The notes under the pieces were generated by a model. It had not been told where the DNA came from, searched no databases, and saw nothing but the letters and a program-made list of their open reading frames with translations. DNA of 31,843 bases, from NCBI GenBank assembly GCA_022451835.1, contig JAKUNX010000002.1, positions 1 to 31,843 of the forward strand, written 5' to 3'. Positions 9,883-19,185 of this stretch are shown one piece after another. The translations under genes and the position numbers were made by a program. The stretch's first letter is position 1. Each line of letters begins with the position of its first letter. Origin of the DNA: Candidatus Poseidoniaceae archaeon (GTDB taxonomy: Archaea; Thermoplasmatota; Poseidoniia; Poseidoniales; Poseidoniaceae).

Positions 9883-10483
9883 ATTGCTTGACAATTTACT
9901 TGTCGCTGCATATTTGTTACCAACTCTATTTGGATTACTATTAGTTACGCCATTTGGTAAATCAGCAGGGGATAGCCTAGCCGGTCGGTTCGAGATATTA
10001 TCTACAGAGAGAGGTAGAATTACTGCAGGATTGCAGATGATTGTATTCTTTGGTTTCGCTGTCTCAGCACAGACATTTTGGATTTCATCAAAAATCAGTG
10101 AAGGTGGTAACTTTTGTACTTCTTCTAGTGTCTTTTCATGTGATGATTTACTGGGTAATAATGACCTCAATGTTGACCCTCTATTTGGATTGTCTTGGGG
10201 TATGCTAGGAATGATGACTTTCGCCTTTTTACTGTTCATGGTCTTAGTAATCAAGAATGAACCGGATGGCGAATATACTGAGAGATTTATCACCTTTGGA
10301 ACATTGATTACAGGAGTAGGGATTTTAGTCATTCTTCTACTTGTATCATATGAGATTCAAGAGAGTAAAATTTGCTTGTATTGTACAACTGCTCACATAG
10401 CCAATGTTGCTGCATTGATTGGTTTCTTGCGATTAAGAAAACTCTATGATGACAAATCTGCTTGGAAAGGTAAATCTAATTAG
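9875..10483 (+). CDS. Vitamin K epoxide reductase (VKOR) family protein
   Basis: Loop Cys pair CTSSSVFSC, WGMLG, and active-site CLYC in a TM context. GTG start overlaps the upstream stop by 8 nt. Confidence 0.9.
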   Translation: MLELLDNLLVAAYLLPTLFGLLLVTPFGKSAGDSLAGRFEILSTERGRITAGLQMIVFFGFAVSAQTFWISSKISEGGNFCTSSSVFSCDDLLGNNDLNVDPLFGLSWGMLGMMTFAFLLFMVLVIKNEPDGEYTERFITFGTLITGVGILVILLLVSYEIQESKICLYCTTAHIANVAALIGFLRLRKLYDDKSAWKGKSN

Positions 10484-10497
10484 GATTAGGTGATTAT

Positions 10498-11049
10498 TTG
10501 GATTCTACTAAAATTTGGTCAGTTATCACTATTGTTTCATTAGCGGCATTATTGGTTTTAGTAGGCCAAGAATACGGCGGGTTATTTGATAATGACGAGT
10601 CTGAAACAGCCGAAGTTATCCCTCTTACAAGTACTGCTGATGATCCAGATCCATTATCATTGGATTGTGTTACACACGATGAAAATATAGAACGACATGA
10701 CCACTCAAATCTATCTATATACGTCAATGGCGAAGAAAGACAAATTCCTGAAAATCTTGGAATAAATACTGAGATATGTAATCAAGTTGGAGGTAACATG
10801 CATACGGTTCATACTCATGACGCAACAGGTAAATTGCATATAGAAACTGAAGCCAATGTAGATATGCCAATTGGTGTTTTCTTTGATATTTGGGGAGTTC
10901 ATTTCAATGAGACAGGGATTTTTGATTACAGAGTCAGCAACACTCATGAATTAATAATGACAGTTGATGGTATCGCAAATTACGATTTCGATGACTACCT
11001 ATTGGTTGATGGCAAAGAAATAGCTATTATTTTCCAAGCCAGAAATTAA
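10498..11049 (+). CDS. Exported/membrane-anchored His-motif protein (HxH...HTHD...H), function unknown
   Basis: SD AGGTGA just before a TTG start. N-terminal hydrophobic helix followed by RHDHSNLSIYVNG...IPENLGI...C...HTHDATGKLHIE...FFDIWG. Confidence 0.8.
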   Translation: MDSTKIWSVITIVSLAALLVLVGQEYGGLFDNDESETAEVIPLTSTADDPDPLSLDCVTHDENIERHDHSNLSIYVNGEERQIPENLGINTEICNQVGGNMHTVHTHDATGKLHIETEANVDMPIGVFFDIWGVHFNETGIFDYRVSNTHELIMTVDGIANYDFDDYLLVDGKEIAIIFQARN

Positions 11050-11315
11050 GGAACATAAATTCCTTCGAATAATGCAGCATCAGTCTGAACTTCAGTTTCT
11101 TTCATTTTTAGTACTGTAATATCAATTCTATCAGTAGAATTGTAATTTCTTCTAACTTCGTGCAATAAACTTCTTTGCACATCTTGCATATCTTCACCGT
11201 AAAGAATAGACATGTGGTGGTATTTTTGATCATTAACTATTGCAATGTATTCTACATACCATTCTTTCAATCGCACATCCTTCTCCCAAGAAACGTCGTC
11301 CCATGATTCCTCCAT
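11046..11315 (-). CDS. Hypothetical protein (89 aa)
   Basis: Protein-like acidic ORF with a TTGATAA element 22 nt upstream of the ATG. Its stop overlaps the convergent gene by 4 nt. Confidence 0.75.
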   Translation of the reverse strand: MEESWDDVSWEKDVRLKEWYVEYIAIVNDQKYHHMSILYGEDMQDVQRSLLHEVRRNYNSTDRIDITVLKMKETEVQTDAALFEGIYVP

Positions 11316-11409
11316 GATAATACATTGACGCGATAGGTTATCAATTATTCTACTAACTGTTCAAGAAAGTTACCGGTTTAGGGGAGTAAACTAACTCTTT
11401 TCGGATTTT

Positions 11410-12366
11410 TCAAGCATTTTTCCTTTCATAAATTACCAAGATAATGCCAATAGCGATTATGGAAAAGAATACCAATGGCATAAAATCTGCATCATTTTCA
11501 ACTTCAATGTCGCGATAAGCAAATTCAACAACTCCAAGGGTTGAGGCATAATTAGAATTTGATTCAACTGTTGAATCTGTAGCTTCATGGAGTAATATCA
11601 AACTAAATTTGCCACTTGCCGGGAAATGGACAGTGAAATCATCAAGACAATTTGTTCCTGAAATATTTGAAAAACCTACGTTGGATAAGGAATTCGAGTT
11701 AAGATTACAGGTTGATGTGGCTATGACTACTCTATCTCGGTGATTTTCTCCTGGATTAATGAATCCATCTGGCACTTCCATTTCATGAGCCATTAACATG
11801 AATGTTAGTTGAGTTTCATAATCAACCTCAAGTAGTTCTAAGCTGTTGACTGTCGCAGAATATTGTTGACCAAGTTTACTTATTGTGAATGATAATTTAC
11901 TAAACTCTTGTCTGTTTGTTTCCTCTTTGAGAATATCCTTTTGAACATCAGGCCAAGAATCTGGACCTACTCTTAATTCCCCGCTTTCGACGACAAAACT
12001 TGGCGTTGAGCCAACTTCAGAGTTTATTGTCCGCATACGTTCAATTCGATATTTAGCTGCTTCTGGCTGAAAAGCATCCTCGCCATCTGTAGGATGATAT
12101 GTTACGATACTAATTCTCGAGCCATGGGCATCAGCAACCTGCTGCAGGTATGGATCAATATCTGCACAACTAGTACACCATGTAGCGCTTATTTCCTCAA
12201 CTAGAATGGTTCTTCCACCAGATATAGTAATATCTTCATCCCAATCTTCAGCATAATTTTTTACTTCAGCGTGTGATAGATAAGGCAACAATTGTATCAT
12301 TAGTATAGTGGTGAACATTAGGCATATTACCCGTTGGAAAGCTATTGCAGAATTGCTTCCCCCCAT
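11410..12366 (-). CDS. Secreted thioredoxin-fold protein (WCTSC) with C-terminal TM anchor
   Basis: Signal-peptide-like N-terminus, LVEEISATWCTSC, GSTPSFVV, and a C-terminal hydrophobic helix plus ERKNA. Confidence 0.85.
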   Translation of the reverse strand: MGGSNSAIAFQRVICLMFTTILMIQLLPYLSHAEVKNYAEDWDEDITISGGRTILVEEISATWCTSCADIDPYLQQVADAHGSRISIVTYHPTDGEDAFQPEAAKYRIERMRTINSEVGSTPSFVVESGELRVGPDSWPDVQKDILKEETNRQEFSKLSFTISKLGQQYSATVNSLELLEVDYETQLTFMLMAHEMEVPDGFINPGENHRDRVVIATSTCNLNSNSLSNVGFSNISGTNCLDDFTVHFPASGKFSLILLHEATDSTVESNSNYASTLGVVEFAYRDIEVENDADFMPLVFFSIIAIGIILVIYERKNA

Positions 12367-12459
12367 GTATTAGCGGAAAACCTCCAACTCTTTCATTATA
12401 TGTCTGAAGTTAGGCTAACTTCATTTGTAAGATGCTCAAGGATTGATTGAGGGGGCATT

Positions 12460-13188
12460 ATGGCTGACCATTGGATTGAGAATCACAAACGTGATTCTTG
12501 GCGTCGTCAGGCTAAATCAAGTGGATATCGTGCACGTTCAGCCTTCAAATTGTTGCAAATCCAAGAGAAATTCAAGTTGATTCGTGAGGGTGACGTAATA
12601 CTAGATGTTGGTTGTCATCCTGGTGGTTGGGCTCAAGTAGCCGTAGAATTAGCAGGTGAAGATGGGGTTGTAATAGGTGTTGATTTAGAACCTTGTCAAC
12701 CAGTAGAAGGTGCTTTATTGTTAGTTGGTGATATTACTGAATCAAGCACTCAAGATAGAATTCTTGAAGAATTAAACAAGCGAGTTATCAATACTATTGT
12801 TTCAGATATTTCCCCTGATATCACTGGTAATTGGGATGTTGACCAAGCAATTGCAATGACATTAGTCGCTGATGTTCTAGATTTTTCCTTAGATTTATTA
12901 TGCAAAGGTGGTTCTTTTACTTCAAAAGTTTTCCAAGGAGTTGGAATAGAAGAGTTGATCACATCAGTGAAACCATATTTTTCAGAAATCAAAAGGTTCT
13001 CACCAATGGCATCCCGCAATTCTTCATCAGAGGTATACCTTGTTTGTCGAAATTACATGCCTTGGGTCAAACGAGAAATATCAATTAGGCAAACTTATGA
13101 GTCATTATTAGATTTGAAATTAAATCCACAAGAAGAGGAAGTAGAACAAAAAGTATTCACATCTTTCAAAGTAAGAAAGAAAAAATAA
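12460..13188 (+). CDS. rlmE: 23S rRNA Um2552 2'-O-methyltransferase (RlmE/RrmJ/FtsJ)
   Basis: GYRARSAFKL, LDVGCHPGGW, VSDISP, SKVFQG and SSEVY give the K-D-K-E tetrad. SD-like GAGGGGG upstream. Confidence 0.95.
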   Translation: MADHWIENHKRDSWRRQAKSSGYRARSAFKLLQIQEKFKLIREGDVILDVGCHPGGWAQVAVELAGEDGVVIGVDLEPCQPVEGALLLVGDITESSTQDRILEELNKRVINTIVSDISPDITGNWDVDQAIAMTLVADVLDFSLDLLCKGGSFTSKVFQGVGIEELITSVKPYFSEIKRFSPMASRNSSSEVYLVCRNYMPWVKREISIRQTYESLLDLKLNPQEEEVEQKVFTSFKVRKKK

Positions 13189-13226
13189 GTCTACTTTTAT
13201 CTACATTAATGTTGTTTTCAATAATC

Positions 13227-13571
13227 ATGAAAACAAGTAAAGCACCAAAAAAGAAGTTATTTTTTAACAACAAAAAAAGGTTATTGGTAAAAGATTTGAA
13301 ACCAAATAGACCAGTTAGACGTCTCGATTTAATAATTCTTAGAATTTATCCTCGAAGACTGATTTATTCTGAAAAATATACCGGACCCGTTGCCGCAGCA
13401 TGTGGCCGAGATGAAACTGGTTTAGTTGGAATAGTTCTATGGAATGAACAAATCGATAATATTAGGATAGGCGATATAGTAAGATTAGAATCTGGTTGGT
13501 GCCAAATGAGGGATGGCGAACTAGTTGTAAGTACAGGATTTAATGGAAAGTTACGAGTTATTGATAGATAA
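13227..13571 (+). CDS. Single OB-fold protein (SSB/RPA-like)
   Basis: VKDLKP...DETG...LWNEQ...IGDIVRLESGW...GELVVSTG matches the single-OB SSB pattern. The N-terminal extension is basic. Confidence 0.8.
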   Translation: MKTSKAPKKKLFFNNKKRLLVKDLKPNRPVRRLDLIILRIYPRRLIYSEKYTGPVAAACGRDETGLVGIVLWNEQIDNIRIGDIVRLESGWCQMRDGELVVSTGFNGKLRVIDR

Positions 13572-13661
13572 TTAGTAATTATTGAATAAATAATGCTTGT
13601 TTTTTCTCACGCAACCATAAAGAAGGGAAGGTCGTGGGCAGGTTGTTCCTGAGGCGTAGTT

Positions 13662-13832
13662 ATGAGTGAAAGAGCGACAAATTGTACATCATCTGGAGTA
13701 CCTTTGGTAGAGAATGGTTCAACAACATTCCCTTGCCCAGGGTGTGACACAGCATCTATTGGCAGAAGTCCGCGTTGTAGAAACCAAGGTGTAATCTACA
13801 ATTGCTCAGAATGCGATTATCAAGGACCATGA
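13662..13832 (+). CDS. DUF1610 / HVO_2753-like small Zn-finger protein (56 aa), absent from the ORF track
   Basis: Translated by hand: MSERATNCTSSGVPLVENGSTTFPCPGCDTASIGRSPRCRNQGVIYNCSECDYQGP*. The FPCPxC...RxxxCR...YxCxxC.xGP pattern and the position directly upstream of aEF-1beta are both typical of this family. Confidence 0.92.
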   Translation: MSERATNCTSSGVPLVENGSTTFPCPGCDTASIGRSPRCRNQGVIYNCSECDYQGP

Positions 13833-13841
13833 GGTGATAAT

Positions 13842-14114
13842 ATGGGTATGGTAGCAATGACTTACAAATTAAATCCAGATTCAGATGTAGAGGATATTAA
13901 TCCTGATGCTATTGCAGAATATGTTAAGGGATTAGCAAATGATGTATATGATGTTCAATCAGTTGAGGTAAAACCATTAGCGTTTGGCCTAAAATTTGTC
14001 CAAGTTCATGTTGTTATGAATGATGGGCCTGGACTTACTGATGAGTTCGAATCTTTGATGTCTGCTAAAGAAGGCGTTGGAGAAATAGAAGTTCTATCTA
14101 TGGGTCTACTTTGA
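13842..14114 (+). CDS. ef1b: Archaeal translation elongation factor 1-beta
   Basis: VEVKPLAFGLK motif and GVGEIEV end. SD GAGGTGA at 13831-13837. Confidence 0.95.
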   Translation: MGMVAMTYKLNPDSDVEDINPDAIAEYVKGLANDVYDVQSVEVKPLAFGLKFVQVHVVMNDGPGLTDEFESLMSAKEGVGEIEVLSMGLL

Positions 14115-15515
14115 TCACAATTGATTCAAAGGACACTGCATAAATTCTCTCAAAAGTGTAGTAGCGTAGCTTCCTGAAGATAATGTGAATCTAAATTTCA
14201 AACAAGCTCCATCAGGATGCCATCGACTATTATCAGTTGGACCTTTATTCCACTTTTCACCTAGAGATTCATCCATAGCGATTGGAACAGAATCGATGAA
14301 AAGTTCATTGAAACTTGACACTAATGCTCTTCTCGTACCTTTTGAGGAGAGTCTAGGTATTTCATCAACAGACCAATTAATCTTGCCTAAGCCAGAATTG
14401 TTTATCGCAGATAATTCAATTTCTTTTGACTCACCTTCTGAAACATAAATTTCGCTTCCAGGGAGTGGTCCAGTAGTGACTAAACGTCCGAGTTGACAAT
14501 TTCTTGTAATTCTTGGTAATGTTCTAGCTTCAACCGTGACGCAACTGTTTACGTTTAGCTGTCCTTTTTCATCGATTCTTCCAACTAAATCCCCTTCAAC
14601 CGGGGTTGAAATTGGCAAGCCAGAAGTTATTCTGTGATTTAGTGATTTATTGAAAATAATAGATTGTGCAGCATGAATGGTCATTAATTGTAAGTTATTT
14701 GGCAGATTTTTAAACGCTCCCAAATAATCATCCGGATTGTCTAACAAGTGCTTTAGCATTCTAGATTCAAAGCCTAACCATTTGGGTGCTAATTCTAATG
14801 CCTCTTGACAAGGTCCATTTTCTCTAATATATTTTCTAAACAAGGCAACATCTTCATTTTCTTCAAAACCTTCCATCGAGAGATATGTCAAAACTGCTTG
14901 TTCAAAGTTACCTTTCAAAACATGTTTTCCGACTTCAGCAGTTACTGGACGACCAGAACCAAATCTTTGAGGTCCGATCCAATTCGGGAAAAGCCCTTCT
15001 CCGAGTGAAAGTTTGAGTTTTTCTCTAATGTTTTCTGCTTCATTCAAAGCTTCTTCTTCAGTCATAGGTGTACCATCAGGGTGACAACATCCCCTTACAA
15101 TAATAGTAAATCTGTTACCTCGATGATTACCAAAACCAATTTTTTGATGAGTGCGACCAAGTATTTCAATTTCTACATCAGGTATCTCTACTTGTGCAAC
15201 TTTATGTTGTGTAGCATCAATGATGAAGATTTGTTGAGTAACTGCACGCTTATCTTTGGTCCCTGCGAAGAAAATTCTATTTCTAGAGATTCCTAGTCGC
15301 TTGGCAAGATTATTACAAAACTTGTTAGTTTCCCAATTTGTTAATGTAATTCTTGCGACTGTGAACCTGCCTCTTGGATCTAAACTAATTGAAGTAGAAA
15401 TTTCATCAACACGGAAGTCAGATACTCTAGCCTTTAGAACACCACCAATTCCATTTGTATCAGTTGCATAACCTTCGAGTCCTATGGCTTTAGCCACAGG
15501 GTCTAAGAATAACAT
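14115..15515 (-). CDS. truD: tRNA pseudouridine(13) synthase TruD
   Basis: SDFRVDEI, FAGTKDKRAVTQQ (catalytic Asp), GNRFTI, GPQRFG and FTLSSGSYATTLLRE. ATG 15515 follows an SD-like GAAGGCGA. Confidence 0.95.
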   Translation of the reverse strand: MLFLDPVAKAIGLEGYATDTNGIGGVLKARVSDFRVDEISTSISLDPRGRFTVARITLTNWETNKFCNNLAKRLGISRNRIFFAGTKDKRAVTQQIFIIDATQHKVAQVEIPDVEIEILGRTHQKIGFGNHRGNRFTIIVRGCCHPDGTPMTEEEALNEAENIREKLKLSLGEGLFPNWIGPQRFGSGRPVTAEVGKHVLKGNFEQAVLTYLSMEGFEENEDVALFRKYIRENGPCQEALELAPKWLGFESRMLKHLLDNPDDYLGAFKNLPNNLQLMTIHAAQSIIFNKSLNHRITSGLPISTPVEGDLVGRIDEKGQLNVNSCVTVEARTLPRITRNCQLGRLVTTGPLPGSEIYVSEGESKEIELSAINNSGLGKINWSVDEIPRLSSKGTRRALVSSFNELFIDSVPIAMDESLGEKWNKGPTDNSRWHPDGACLKFRFTLSSGSYATTLLREFMQCPLNQL

Positions 15516-15526
15516 TTTAATCGCCT

Positions 15527-15784
15527 TCAAAGACTGATATCAGAGAATTCTTTAGATATTGAACTTACCAAATCATTCAAAATTTTGTCAGCAGATTTCT
15601 TGCCAGAAGTTCTAATGTAAAATTCAGGGTCATCCAACTCTGGGTGGCCTGGGAAATAGTTAGCATATTCAATATCAGTGCTGTTATTCAGTCTTTCTCT
15701 AAGCATTTGCAGACTAGTATGGCTTTCTCCAATAATTCTCAATCGGAGTTCATTTTTTTCCTTAATTAGCACTTTCACTGGCAT
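15527..15784 (-). CDS. rpoL: DNA-directed RNA polymerase subunit L (Rpo11)
   Basis: GESHT...L...YANY...GHPELDDP matches the GE.HT / HP signature. The start could also be ATG 15793. Confidence 0.93.
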   Translation of the reverse strand: MPVKVLIKEKNELRLRIIGESHTSLQMLRERLNNSTDIEYANYFPGHPELDDPEFYIRTSGKKSADKILNDLVSSISKEFSDISL

Positions 15785-15908
15785 GACGAACATGCATGCG
15801 AATTATCAACTCGTTTTGAACCTTGTGTCAAAAAAAAGTTACCTAATTTGAAAGATTTAATTATATTACAACCGCCTTGCTTTTTTACCTAATCCATGTG
15901 GATTGACT

Positions 15909-18512
15909 ATGGACACTACATCACTTGAAGAGTCCATGGCGGGATTTTCTGATAAATTTCGCAAGTTATCATTGGCAATAGTGATAGTAACTATGCTAAT
16001 AACGGGTGCTTTGTTGGCAAATTTAGTTTACAACCCTCCCACATTCAATACCGACTTAGATGCATTTACTCCTAATTCGGAAGAAAATTCAGCACACGAG
16101 AGGATACATCAAAACTTTCCAAACGAGTCTAGACCAATGTTCGTGAACATTGAAGTTGACGATGGCACTAATATCCTTAAAATCGAAAATATTCAATTAA
16201 TGCTTGAGCATTACGAGCAATTAAAGATTTTATCAGAAAAAACCAGCGATTCTGTTGTTGTTTGGACAACAACTCCTAGTGTTTTGCAAACAGCTTTAGA
16301 TGAAGAAGGCAATCAGACTAACCTTTCAACAATAACCGACTGGAATCAACTAATTGATTTAATCACTGATGAGGATGTAGAATGCAGACTAAGTAGTGAC
16401 GACCAATTTTTATCCGCTGCAACCTATGCGTCTTCGGCTCTACTACACAAAGATCTTGACATTAATCCAACCTGTGATTATCTCTCAACAGGTGAAGGGG
16501 ATGGTACTCCTATTGCGTCTTCGACATTATGGGTGCTTGAAATAGATCCTGAATTGACCGAAGAGGAAAGGAAATCTGTACAAATCCAATTTCGTGATTT
16601 ATTAGAAGAACTATCTGAAGAATCAACACTTGATTATGGTGTAGTATCATTGGATTTACTCTCAAGTGATATAGATGATAGAACACTCGATAATGTCACA
16701 CTTTTGGTTTTCTTAGCGTTAATTGTTGTAGTGATTTTATTAGTTTTTACATTCAGGTCTTTTAGAGATGTTACATTTCCAATTGTTGGTCTTACAAGTG
16801 CATTAATTTGGACATATGGTTTACTAAATGTAATCGGAGTGGAATTTTCTGCTCTTGAAGTTGCTGTTGCACCTCTTGTCTTAGGTTTGGGAATAGATTA
16901 TGCAATCCACTTGCAGAGGGCCAATAGCACACTTAGAGAACAATATCCTGACCCAGCAGAATCTTGGCTTAGAGCATGTGCTAAATTGTCAGTACCGCTG
17001 TCTCTAGCAGTAATAACTACTGTTGCAGCATTTTTAGCCAACATGATATCCCCTCTTCCACCATTGAAGACATTTGGTTTTGCACTTGCAATGGGTGTAG
17101 TATGTGCTTTCATAACATCCACATTAGTTGTTGGAGCATTACATGTTTTGATTGATAGTGAAAAGTATTCTAGAAAGTCTAAGCCTTTCACATTACCATC
17201 TTTAACTAATAATTTAGTGAAAGTTCAACAAAAGCAACAAGTTAGTATTTTCTTAGTAGTGGTACTTTTGTCCGGTGCTTCTGTGCTTGGTGCAGCATCA
17301 TTGGAAACTAATTTTGATTTAGGTGATTTTGTAGATTCTGAAATGGAAATAATGGATGTAAGGCAAGATCTTTCTGATAACTATGATAGCGCAGGTTGGA
17401 AACTAATCTATGTGTTATTTGAGCCAAGTGATAATCAAAACGAAATTATTGCCGATGAAGATTTACTGACCGAACTTAGAGGTTTACATGGTGATTTAGA
17501 ATCGAATCATGACGTTGTTGGAACTGATGGTACTTTCCCTTCACCGTCATATGAGGGGCCATATGTTGTATTGCGTGATGCAATTTTAAGAGATTCTAGT
17601 TTTGGTGATGTTCATAATTTAGAAGTTTTCCAAGACGGTGGCGTTTATGTCAAGGATTACAACCAAGAATGCGACCTTTCAGTTGCATTTTTATCACTTT
17701 CTAATAACGATTCAATCGCTGATGCATTAAGTGGTGAAACATGGTCTGAGCGAGTTAGAAACAGTGTTTATCTTGAAGATGGCAAAGTAATAAATCTAAG
17801 AAATGAAATTAGAGTTGAAGCAAAAACTTCAACTGAATCTGAACAAGTAGTGTTGGAATTTGAAAATATGCTTGGGGATATAGATAAGTCCGGTACTCTA
17901 AGATATAATTTAGCAGGAAATGCGAAATTGTATGTTACAGGCGATCTTGCTATGCTTCAAACAGTGCTTGATGGCTTATCGAGCTCTCAAGTAGAATCAA
18001 CTCTAATTTCCTTAGCAGTGTCCTTCTTGGTATTATTTTTGTTAACTAGAAGAATTATGCCTGCAATTGTCATTCTTTTCCCGGTAGGTATCGCTTCACT
18101 CTGGGTTGTTGGTTCTATGGCCGCAATTGGATTAAAGTGGAATGTTCTAACTGTAATGGTTACAGCACTAACATTGGGAATTGGTATAGATTATTCAATT
18201 CACATGTGGAGGCGATTTGAAGTTGAATTACAACGTAGAAACAACCATTGGGATGCTCTTAGAGCCTCTTTATCTACTACTGGTGTAGCATTATTGATGA
18301 GCGCATTAACAACTTCATTAGGCTTCATGGTATTACTGTTTTCACCAATGCCAATTATTCAGGATTTTGGATTAATTACCGCGATTACCGTAGTATTTTC
18401 ATTACTATTATCTTTGGTATTATTACCTGTTTTGATGGAATTATCTGCTCGAAGCAAAGAAGAAGATGTTATTGAGAAAGAGTTTGAACCTCAATTAGAC
18501 GATTTAGCTTGA
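15909..18512 (+). CDS. MMPL/RND-family transporter (paralog 2)
   Basis: GLGIDYAIH and GIGIDYSIH motifs with a duplicated 1+5 TM architecture. Start is ATG 15909 or TTG 15903. Confidence 0.92.
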   Translation: MDTTSLEESMAGFSDKFRKLSLAIVIVTMLITGALLANLVYNPPTFNTDLDAFTPNSEENSAHERIHQNFPNESRPMFVNIEVDDGTNILKIENIQLMLEHYEQLKILSEKTSDSVVVWTTTPSVLQTALDEEGNQTNLSTITDWNQLIDLITDEDVECRLSSDDQFLSAATYASSALLHKDLDINPTCDYLSTGEGDGTPIASSTLWVLEIDPELTEEERKSVQIQFRDLLEELSEESTLDYGVVSLDLLSSDIDDRTLDNVTLLVFLALIVVVILLVFTFRSFRDVTFPIVGLTSALIWTYGLLNVIGVEFSALEVAVAPLVLGLGIDYAIHLQRANSTLREQYPDPAESWLRACAKLSVPLSLAVITTVAAFLANMISPLPPLKTFGFALAMGVVCAFITSTLVVGALHVLIDSEKYSRKSKPFTLPSLTNNLVKVQQKQQVSIFLVVVLLSGASVLGAASLETNFDLGDFVDSEMEIMDVRQDLSDNYDSAGWKLIYVLFEPSDNQNEIIADEDLLTELRGLHGDLESNHDVVGTDGTFPSPSYEGPYVVLRDAILRDSSFGDVHNLEVFQDGGVYVKDYNQECDLSVAFLSLSNNDSIADALSGETWSERVRNSVYLEDGKVINLRNEIRVEAKTSTESEQVVLEFENMLGDIDKSGTLRYNLAGNAKLYVTGDLAMLQTVLDGLSSSQVESTLISLAVSFLVLFLLTRRIMPAIVILFPVGIASLWVVGSMAAIGLKWNVLTVMVTALTLGIGIDYSIHMWRRFEVELQRRNNHWDALRASLSTTGVALLMSALTTSLGFMVLLFSPMPIIQDFGLITAITVVFSLLLSLVLLPVLMELSARSKEEDVIEKEFEPQLDDLA

Positions 18513-19076
18513 CAACGCAGTAATAATTTGCTCCATCTCAAGATTTTGTTCTCTTGCAATCAATGCTAAACATAACCAATTTGATGCGTAGTTCAATGCT
18601 TTTTGTTTTCGTTCAGTTCTACGTTCTATCTCATCAAGTGGTATCTTAGATTGTCTAGCAATATATTTCTTCAATCTATTAGCAAGTTTTTCTCTTGGGT
18701 CAAGATTGCTGGCAGGTTTTGGATTATTTTTTCCCTTAACAAGTTCGACCTTAGAATCCTTCTGGGGTATTTTTGGTTCTTCAACAGTTTCTTGTTTTTC
18801 AAAGTCAACTGGTTGAAGCAATCTAGAAGGTCTTGGAAACCAACCGATGGGAGTTGTTACACTCTTGGTGTCAAATGCTGGTGAAAGTTTGTCTCTGCCG
18901 CCAGTAAGCCAACCTTTGTCAATAAAATTACTGACTGCTGTTTCAGCCTCTTCAGGAGACAACCACTCCATATCAAAAGATAGTATTCGCTCCAAATCAA
19001 GATCAGAAATACTGTCAAATCCTCTGAAGCATAGAGAAATTACACGACGAACATCATCAAAGTTCTCATCCGTCAT
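18504..19076 (-). CDS. DUF2240 family protein
   Basis: LSFDMEWLSPEEAE...GWL resembles the euryarchaeal DUF2240 motif. TTCAAAA element 23 nt upstream. Confidence 0.75.
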   Translation of the reverse strand: MTDENFDDVRRVISLCFRGFDSISDLDLERILSFDMEWLSPEEAETAVSNFIDKGWLTGGRDKLSPAFDTKSVTTPIGWFPRPSRLLQPVDFEKQETVEEPKIPQKDSKVELVKGKNNPKPASNLDPREKLANRLKKYIARQSKIPLDEIERRTERKQKALNYASNWLCLALIAREQNLEMEQIITALSS

Positions 19077-19185
19077 GTTATTTGAGAGTAGAGTTTTTCT
19101 TTTGAATCTAATTGTTTGTTAAATTTATTTTAATCAATAGCTTCATTGCTTTGCGCTTCTTCCGCGGCTTATCGGGGCGTTAGTA

